Assembly (NCBI GenBank): GCA_046757025.1
Contig: JBHHXN010000182.1
Coordinates: 1 to 10,426, forward strand
Direction: 5' to 3'
Length of the DNA stretch: 10,426 nt
Source: a bacterium
Lineage (GTDB): Bacteria > Zhuqueibacterota > Zhuqueibacteria > Oceanimicrobiales > Oceanimicrobiaceae
The notes under the pieces are model-generated. The model did no database searches and was not told the DNA's origin. It worked only from the letters and a program-made list of their open reading frames with translations. Position numbers and translations under genes: made by a program. Below are positions 1 through 6,353 of the stretch, in pieces (position 1 is the first letter of the stretch; each line of letters begins with the position of its first letter).

Positions 1-43
1 TTTTTCTCTAACTAATCGAGTGGCTCAATCAGGGCATTTCCAA

Positions 44-85
44 GGAGACAGGAGATCCATATTAATAATTTGATCCCCTGTCTCC
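44..85 (-). terminator. Stem-loop downstream of the gntR gene (possible terminator or mRNA-stabilising hairpin)
   Basis: GGAGACAGGAGATC (44-57) and GATCCCCTGTCTCC (72-85) form a 14-bp inverted repeat. The single mismatch becomes a G:U pair on the minus-strand RNA. It lies 17 nt after the gntR stop, but no strong poly-U tail follows. Confidence 0.45.
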
Positions 86-102
86 GTTCTTCCTCCTCCC
101 CC

Positions 103-486
103 TCACTTTTTGCCATTTTTTTTCAAAATCATTTTAATGGCTTCCTGGATATCCTCAATCGACACCCCCTCTTCCAGCGCCGATAAAATGATGGGCTTTA
201 AGCTTTCCAGTAGTCTCTCACGGGCCATATCCTTTTTCCTTTTTTCAGGTAATTCCGAAACAAAAAATCCCTTACCCCGGCGGGAGAGAATTAAGTTTTC
301 ACGCAGCAGACTTTCGTAGGCACGCTGCACCGTAATCACACTCACGTGCTGTGCTCGGGCTAACGCTCTGATAGAAGGCAAACTGGTTCCGGCCGCCAGC
401 TCTCCGTTGAGAATTTTCGCACGAATTTGTCGGATGATCTGACTTTGCAGCGGTTCCGAAGATAGATCCGTTAAATTTAAAAGCAT
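103..486 (-). CDS. GntR family transcriptional regulator, YtrA subfamily (127 aa)
   Basis: Winged-HTH signature PLQSQI..QI...I..GEL..G..LPSIR.LA....VS..TVQRAY..L...NLI..RRGKGFFV, followed by the very short helical C-terminal domain typical of YtrA. ATG at 486 is preferred over TTG at 492: it aligns with the paralog start (MLLNLT), has AAGG upstream, and sits 2 nt after the upstream TGA. Confidence 0.93.
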   Translation of the reverse strand: MLLNLTDLSSEPLQSQIIRQIRAKILNGELAAGTSLPSIRALARAQHVSVITVQRAYESLLRENLILSRRGKGFFVSELPEKRKKDMARERLLESLKPIILSALEEGVSIEDIQEAIKMILKKNGKK

Positions 487-488
487 GC

Positions 489-1997
489 TCAACCTTTTAT
501 TTTCAAAACCAGTATGGTTCGGTCGTCCTGCGGCTCGATTTCTTCTGCAAAATGCGTCAAGTCCTGCAAGACCGAGTGCACGATTTGGGAAGAGTTTGCC
601 GCCGTTTGACTTTTAAGCAGCTCCAGCAGACGCGGTTCCCCGTATTCTTCTCGCTGTGCATTCATGGTTTCAGTGACGCCGTCGGTGTAAAAAAATATAA
701 AATCGCCGGCCCGTAAGTGGATTTTCCCGGTGGCATAAGTAGCCGGTTGTAACACCCCTAACGCTGGGCCTCCGACTTTTAACCACTGCCATGTTCCATC
801 TTTTCTCATCACCAGGGGATGGTTATGCCCCGCCGTAACATATTCAAAAATTCGAGACTTCTTATTGAAAACCCCATAAAAAAGCGTAACAAATTTATCT
901 TTCGGTGTAAAACGAACCAGTTGTTGATTCAAATTATTTAACATCGCTGGCAGATTTTGCGGGCGCTGCATTTCGCTTTTTAAGATGGCCTGAATTTGTG
1001 AAATGAGTAAAGCTGCAGATAACCCGCTGCCGCACGCGTCGCCAATAACCAGACCAAAACGGGCCGCGTCGATAGGAAGATAATCGTAAAAATCTCCGCT
1101 CACTGCATGGCGGGAAGAGATGTGGGCCGAAACAGAGATCTGGTCTTCATCCGGCAGCTTTTTGGGCAGCAGATCATGCTGGATTTGCATGGCGGTGGCG
1201 ATATCATCCTGCATGCGCCGGCGCTCGATGGCTTCTACATAAAAACGGGCGGTGGCTAACGCGGTCACGAACTGGTTGAGCAAGATTTTCAGCAAATTTA
1301 AATCATCCTTTGAATAGGCGTTGCCATCAACCTTTGCCGTTAACCCTAAAAAGCCCAATAATTCGTCGGATTCGATCAAAGGCAATATCAGCTCGATTTG
1401 ACGTTTTAAAAGCTGCTGGCTCAATCCACAGTTGCTGGAACCTGATTGAAAATCCTTAACTGTGACCGGCAGTTTAAATTTTGTGATGATTTTAAAAATT
1501 TCATCTGTGCGATCAACCAGCTCTGGTTGCGGAAACTCCTCACAAGGGTAAAACGTATAAACATCTTGCTGCTCATTGTAAAAAACAAAAGTTACACTTC
1601 TTACCAACAACGCTTTTTTAATATTTTCTTCTACAATTTGCCGCAGCTTATCGGGATCAAAGACGGAGATCAGTTGTTTTGAAAACGATTCTATGGTGCT
1701 CAAAGTAGAATCTTTTCCCGACAAACGCTGCCTTGCTATTTCCTGTTTTTGATCCGGAGTCAACGCCGCCACATAAAATCCACTGCTTCGCCGCGTTCGG
1801 ATCAATCCTTCGCGCGCCAACGCATTATAAGCACGCTGAACGGTATTCCGACTGACTTGCTGGGAGCGTGCAAACAAGTTAACGGGTTCCAGCTCAACGC
1901 CTTCTCTGAGATCCCCATCGATTATTTTTTCACTCAGTTGACGAATTATTTGAATGTGTAATGGTTCGGTCGAAAGCTCGGTTAAATTGAGTAGCAT
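489..1997 (-). CDS. GntR(YtrA)-HTH / GAF / PP2C (SpoIIE, RsbU-like) Ser/Thr phosphatase fusion protein (502 aa)
   Basis: aa 1-92 are a GntR wHTH (VSRNTVQRAYNALAREGLI..RRSSGFYV). The middle is GAF-like (LILPLIESDELLGFLGL..K.DG.AYSKDDLNLLKILLNQ..TAL). A coiled-coil linker (A.QIQ..LLP) leads to a SpoIIE domain with the metal-ligand motifs VSGDFYD, IGDACGSG, YTDGVTE and QDDRT, plus FVTLFY and AGHNHP. Confidence 0.9.
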   Translation of the reverse strand: MLLNLTELSTEPLHIQIIRQLSEKIIDGDLREGVELEPVNLFARSQQVSRNTVQRAYNALAREGLIRTRRSSGFYVAALTPDQKQEIARQRLSGKDSTLSTIESFSKQLISVFDPDKLRQIVEENIKKALLVRSVTFVFYNEQQDVYTFYPCEEFPQPELVDRTDEIFKIITKFKLPVTVKDFQSGSSNCGLSQQLLKRQIELILPLIESDELLGFLGLTAKVDGNAYSKDDLNLLKILLNQFVTALATARFYVEAIERRRMQDDIATAMQIQHDLLPKKLPDEDQISVSAHISSRHAVSGDFYDYLPIDAARFGLVIGDACGSGLSAALLISQIQAILKSEMQRPQNLPAMLNNLNQQLVRFTPKDKFVTLFYGVFNKKSRIFEYVTAGHNHPLVMRKDGTWQWLKVGGPALGVLQPATYATGKIHLRAGDFIFFYTDGVTETMNAQREEYGEPRLLELLKSQTAANSSQIVHSVLQDLTHFAEEIEPQDDRTILVLKIKG

Positions 1998-2032
1998 GAT
2001 GGAGCCGTTTTTTAATTGTTAATAGTATTCAT

Positions 2033-2057
2033 ACTGTATATACCCAATATATACAGT
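2033..2057. promoter_or_regulatory. YtrA-type GntR operator (perfect inverted repeat)
   Basis: ACTGTATATA-CCCAA-TATATACAGT: 10-bp perfect arms containing TGTA-N13-TACA, the spacing known for the B. subtilis YtrA site (AGTGTA-N13-TACACT). It lies 35 bp upstream of the fusion-gene ATG in an AT-rich divergent intergenic region. Confidence 0.8.
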
Positions 2058-2182
2058 TAAGTTTCATAATCACTCTTTTTTTTTAATAATTTGTTAATTT
2101 CACTTGATTTCATTTTAGATGGAGCGAAATAAAGAGAAACAGTTGCAGGTTGTTCACTGTCCAATTTAGATTTGCACTCAAA

Positions 2183-4594
2183 ATGATCATGGCTAAGATA
2201 GAAAAAGTTTTGCTACGCTTCTTGATTTTCGTGATGGTTTTCACTTTTCACAACACCGTGATTGCACAAATAATCGAGACCGCTCCCCGTGCAGAAAAAA
2301 CTCAAAAAGCCACAGAAGGTATAAAAAAGATTCGGCGGACAATAAAGGATAGATTTGCCAACTCGCCGGTTCGACCGGATTATCCCATTCAGAATTACTA
2401 TCAACCACCCACTGGCAGAACTACTGCGAGGTTGTTTTCTGCCGTGAACGATACCACCCCGCCGAATGCGCCCACGGAGCTGACGGTGGTGACCGAGAGT
2501 ATTCACAGTATCTTTGCCAGTTGGACAGCCGCTACAGACCCCGAATCAGGCATCGATTATTATGCCTACGGCATCGGTAGTCAGCCCGGTGCTGCCGACA
2601 TCCGTTGGTGGCAAAGCACCGGCCAACAAACAGGGGCGTACGGTTTAAGTTTAGATATGCTGGGTATTGCCGAAGATTCCACGTTTTATATTTCGATTTA
2701 CGCGGTGAACGGTGCAGGTCTTCAAAGCGTCATAGTCAGCTCCGGCTCCACGGTAGTAAACTGGCAGGATCTGGGAAACCAAAACAACGCTCTAACGGTT
2801 GCGTATTCAGACTTCGGTTACGATTCCACCGGGGTCAACATCATTTCAGGCTGGGACTCCACTGAAATGCAAATGTTCGACCATTTTATTTCCAGAATGA
2901 ATCCCATCATCAAGGAGATTTATGGGCCGCCATCGCATTCTTACACCGTCACTCTGGTAAAGAACCTCTGGTACGCCGGCTCCAATATATTTTTTCCCAG
3001 CTCCAATCAAGTCCACATGTCGGAGATGTACCCACAACTTTTGACCCACGAGCTCATTCACGCGTATCGCGACAACGTCATCCTTTCCACTAACGACAAC
3101 TGGCAATTTCATCCCCAATTGAGCGGCTTTGAAGAAAGTTTTGCACAGGGGGCCAGTTACGCATGCATGAATCGATATATCGAGCTCTACCCAAACGACG
3201 TCATCGTGGACTCCACCTATCTTTTTGGCTCAAGCATGCTATGGGATTACGATTATCGCAACGTACCGGCCATCACTACGGAAGATTTTTGGAGCGATTA
3301 TGGTGGCATTGGCCTGTTTTGGGAGCGCTACGAACTGGGCGCCGCGGCCATGCGCAAAATACATGTAGAAGATCCTGACTTTTATCATAAATTCAACACA
3401 GAATATTATCACCGCCTGAACCAGGATCATTCTCTCACCACCCGCCGCGATCTAATGATTGAAATCATCGCCAAGGTGGTGCCCGAAATCGAAATGCAGC
3501 CCGCCAAAGTTTGGATAAACAACCAGCGTATTTTTGATTGTCAAGTTGTACCTGGCCGCAAAATATGGGTATGGACTCAGCGCTATCCCTGGCAGGAATA
3601 CCTCGTCTTCCAACGCATTTTTTTCTACGAAACATTTGAAAATGGCAGTGAATGGGCCTACTGGGACGAAAACAACCAAACCTGGGTTTACCATCACCTG
3701 AACGGCTCCATTGGAACCGGGACGGTTACCACATACGGCGACTCTGCCATCTGGCAAGGCAGCTTGCAAATTGAACCGGTCGACAATCCGCCGGATTTTT
3801 GGGGCTTTGGTTTTGATGAGCTGAATTTTTCCACGGATGACGATCTGATGCCCTGGCCCGGAGGGTCTCCGAGTGATTTTTTACTCGGTATGCACGATTT
3901 TAATCTCTACCGTTTTAACCTAAATTTCGGGGGTATCACCGAGCAGGTCCATCGGATCATCGGAGATAATTTGCGCAACCCCGCCGGCGTTTTTGGGGGC
4001 ATTCTCAATGCTCAAGATGGCGTCATTTACCTCGATCATGAAAATTACCCGCCGGAACCGCCCCTGCCTGTGGTGAACGGTGTGTTTTACGGTACGCGAA
4101 AGTGGGCCTCGGTGCCCAATCCCAGAACCGGCGGTACGGACAGTCAACCCGGCAGAATCCACGTTCGTTTTGTACAAAACGATGGTCGTCATTTCCTCGC
4201 TCAGCGCAACATCGATTGGGGCAGTGCCAATGGCAACCAGGTTTTTCTTTTTGATACCGAGGCGATGCAACTGGACACCAACCTGGTCTCTTCTGCGGAA
4301 TTCCAGCGGCAAACCTTTGAATTTCGGCTACAGCAAAATTACCCCAATCCGTTCAATCCCACTACGGAAATTCGTTACACGCTGGCCCTTTCCGGCAGAG
4401 TGGAGTTGGTCATTTTTAATTTACTCGGGCAAAGGGTAAAAACATTGGTTTCAGCCCAGCAAAGCCGCGGGCATCACATCGTTAAATGGAACGGCGCCGA
4501 TGATCATGGGCGGCTGGTTAGCAGTGGGGTTTATTTTTACCTTTTGAAGTCCGGCGCATTTCGCACGGTTAAAAAGTTGCTTTTGGTTCGTTAG
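2183..4594 (+). CDS. Secreted protein: Fn3-like domain + HExxH (gluzincin-like) putative zinc metallopeptidase + C-terminal FlgD-Ig/T9SS type-A-like sorting domain
   Basis: Signal peptide MAKIEKVLLRFLIFVMVFTFHNTVIA|Q. Fn3-like segment DTTPPNAPTEL...SWTAATDPESGIDYY.YGIG...YISIYAVNGAGL. LLTHELIHAY (HELIH at 3047-3061) is followed about 24 aa later by GFEESFA. C-terminus FRLQQNYPNPFNPTTEIRY...FNLLGQRV..L...WNG.D..G..VSSGVYFY.L...KKLLLVR. Start is uncertain: ATG 2183 or 2189, while the ORF track starts at TTG 2150. Confidence 0.85.
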   Translation: MIMAKIEKVLLRFLIFVMVFTFHNTVIAQIIETAPRAEKTQKATEGIKKIRRTIKDRFANSPVRPDYPIQNYYQPPTGRTTARLFSAVNDTTPPNAPTELTVVTESIHSIFASWTAATDPESGIDYYAYGIGSQPGAADIRWWQSTGQQTGAYGLSLDMLGIAEDSTFYISIYAVNGAGLQSVIVSSGSTVVNWQDLGNQNNALTVAYSDFGYDSTGVNIISGWDSTEMQMFDHFISRMNPIIKEIYGPPSHSYTVTLVKNLWYAGSNIFFPSSNQVHMSEMYPQLLTHELIHAYRDNVILSTNDNWQFHPQLSGFEESFAQGASYACMNRYIELYPNDVIVDSTYLFGSSMLWDYDYRNVPAITTEDFWSDYGGIGLFWERYELGAAAMRKIHVEDPDFYHKFNTEYYHRLNQDHSLTTRRDLMIEIIAKVVPEIEMQPAKVWINNQRIFDCQVVPGRKIWVWTQRYPWQEYLVFQRIFFYETFENGSEWAYWDENNQTWVYHHLNGSIGTGTVTTYGDSAIWQGSLQIEPVDNPPDFWGFGFDELNFSTDDDLMPWPGGSPSDFLLGMHDFNLYRFNLNFGGITEQVHRIIGDNLRNPAGVFGGILNAQDGVIYLDHENYPPEPPLPVVNGVFYGTRKWASVPNPRTGGTDSQPGRIHVRFVQNDGRHFLAQRNIDWGSANGNQVFLFDTEAMQLDTNLVSSAEFQRQTFEFRLQQNYPNPFNPTTEIRYTLALSGRVELVIFNLLGQRVKTLVSAQQSRGHHIVKWNGADDHGRLVSSGVYFYLLKSGAFRTVKKLLLVR

Positions 4595-4666
4595 GCCGAA
4601 GCGTTTTTTTTACTATTTTGGAAAGGAGTTGATAATTGAAAGTGGGGAGAAGGGATGATGTGTCAT

Positions 4667-4807
4667 TCAGACATCTTTGATCTTTTCAGTGGCAGAATGC
4701 TTTGCCGCCTCTTTTGTAGCGAACTTTTTAATCTCTTCTTTCGTGGCGAGTTTGGCCAAAAGCTCGTTTTTGGTCTCTTCCAGATCTTTCCTGGTGACAA
4801 TTTTTTG
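4667..4807 (-). pseudogene. Start-less fragment with ATKE-type coiled-coil repeats
   Basis: A minus frame not in the ORF track reads QKIVTRKDLEETKNELLAKLATKEEIKKFATKEAAKHSATEKIKDV*. It resembles 'ATKEDL' repeat proteins, is preceded by an in-frame TGA (4808-4810), and has no start codon. Confidence 0.35.
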
Positions 4808-5450
4808 TCAGGATTCACTGTGAAGCCTATGCAGTAAAAAGGAGATGTCTTCATACTGAGCAAAGTCTAATTCGCCCGCCACATCTGATATGAGACGCGA
4901 AAATTGATTTTCAAAATAGTTTTACACCATTTTTCGCGAATACCCCGAACATGTTTTCTCATAGAAAGAATAAGGTGAACAATATTTTCAGCTTGTAACT
5001 AAAAAGTTGTAAAAACCATATTGCTGGAAATTTTAGCATCCATCCTGAATCAGGTCCATATCAATTATATGTACCCAGCAAACAACCAGATTCCTTACGA
5101 GTATCAGCACCCGTTTCAATATACCGAGTGCGGGAGAGCGTTGCGAAAAGCGGCTTTCCCAATTGCGTCAGTCATTCTAAATGGGAACCGCTCCAGCTTT
5201 AAACACGGTTGTTCTGGACCATGTCAATTTGCTTCTTCGGCGTGAAAAATTTAACAGGGCCGGGTTCAGGAAGTAGCGTGACAGAGCAGCCTACCAGCCA
5301 ATCAACATTTGAAACTCGCTGAAATCGGTTCTGATTGTGAACATAACGCTGAGTTCAACAGCCCTCGATATCAACCCTTTCCCAGTTCAGTCAACGCGCC
5401 GGCAATTTTACCAAACTCTCAATTCAATGCATTTTAGATGCATTTTTCAT

Positions 5451-5865
5451 TTAAGTTCCGGCTTGCAATTCCGGGCTAAAAAAGTAGCGTTTGATCATCA
5501 CCAGCCAGAGCACGGCACCACCGAGCAGGAGAAGAGAAAATAATAGCATCACATCCCATTGCGTTTGGACAGTGAATTCTGCTGGTTTGAAATATTCCGC
5601 CAGGTAGGCATCGCGCAAAACGGTGCGCATGATCGCCATAAACACCACAACCAGCGCTAATAATCCCGCAGACAAGAAAAGGCCTTTTCGCGGATCTTCC
5701 CGGCGCAGAGCCTGGGACATGACGAATTTAGCTGCCACCGCCAAACATACAATTCATGGCCAGAATATGTAAAACAAAAGTGAGTACCAGCAATAACTTA
5801 AAAAGAAAAAACGGCGCCGGTAAAGGAATGGGATCCAGTGATGGCAGCATCATTTGTGTATCCAT
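5451..5865 (-). pseudogene. Internally deleted, frameshifted integral membrane protein (partner of a CydA-like/cytochrome c fusion)
   Basis: GGAGG SD (5872-5876) and ATG 5865 give MDTQMMLPSLDPIPLPAPFFLFKLLLVLTFVLHILAMNCMFGGGS* (stop 5728-5730). A second frame overlapping at about 5730-5744 gives ...AIMRTVLRDAYLAEYFKPAEFTVQTQWDVMLLFSLLLLGGAVLWLVMIKRYF...* (5451). From memory these match the two ends of a several-hundred-aa membrane protein family encoded next to cytochrome c-fused CydA homologs; the middle is missing. Confidence 0.7.
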
Positions 5866-5879
5866 TAGTGACCTCCCGA

Positions 5880-6239
5880 TCAATTGGTTTCCTTGAAAGT
5901 TTCATTAAACCACCTCGCCAGAAGTGCGCGTTCGTTTTCCGTCAAATTCAGCTCCGGCATCGATTCATTCACAGCGGATAAATCTTCCATAAAAACCGCG
6001 ATGGTCTCCTGATCAAATTCCGTGAGAAAAGTGACCATGGGGTCTTGTGATTTTGGCAGATGGCACACCGCGCAGTTCTGTTGAAACAAATCCGGCCCGG
6101 TGACTTCATGCAAAGACCTTTCACGCCAGGGCGCCACTTGAGACAGGAACGCAGCCAGCGCTTGCCGCTCTTTCGGCAAACCCACAAACGGCGCCATGGG
6201 GGATGGTATTAAACTGAAAGGCGGGTATTCTTCATACAA
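5880..6239 (-). pseudogene. 5'-truncated c-type cytochrome (C-terminal one and a half class I cytochrome c domains)
   Basis: One complete domain: GPDLFQQNCAVCH (CxxCH at 6060-6074) ... MPELNLTENERALLARW. It is preceded by only the tail of another domain (MAPFVGLPKERQALAAFL), which lacks its CxxCH. There is no signal peptide or TM helix, an in-frame TAG at 6246-6248, and no SD before the TTG. Confidence 0.72.
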
Positions 6240-6298
6240 ATTAAACTACAAAAAACAACTACCAGCGAAGATGACGGTTCATTTACACTTTTAAAATG

Positions 6299-6341
6299 AA
6301 TTCATCCTTCCGAGACCTTAGCGGCTTCGGAAGGATGAATT
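6299..6341 (-). terminator. Probable intrinsic terminator of the vWA gene
   Basis: Perfect 15-bp inverted repeat AATTCATCCTTCCGA (6299-6313) / TCGGAAGGATGAATT (6327-6341), 12 nt after the TAA at 6354 and followed by CATTTT on the minus strand. Confidence 0.7.
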
Positions 6342-6353
6342 TCTCAAGCCCTT

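Noticed and set aside
110..1961. Plus-strand ORFs 110-319, 1446-1682 and 1749-1961
   Set aside because: Antisense shadows of the gntR and fusion genes.
2213..4439. Short ORFs overlapping the peptidase gene on both strands
   Set aside because: Fully nested in a well-supported CDS with no independent evidence.
4579..4611. Possible terminator overlapping the peptidase stop (weak stem followed by T8)
   Set aside because: The stem needs several G:U pairs and a bulge; too weak to call.
4808..4810. In-frame TGA as selenocysteine or recoded stop
   Set aside because: No start codon for the frame, no recognisable SECIS or redox motif, and other genes here use TGA as a normal stop.
5255..5300. CAGGGCCGGGTTCAGGAAGTAGC, superficially like the SRP RNA core (CAGGTCCGGAAGGAAGCAGC)
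   Set aside because: Lacks the GNRA tetraloop and the AGCAG motif in position, and has no long enclosing stem.
4655..5543. Tracked ORFs 4655-4837(+), 4663-4863(-), 5021-5245(+) and 5337-5543(+)
   Set aside because: Short, no recognisable motifs, and located in a decayed region.
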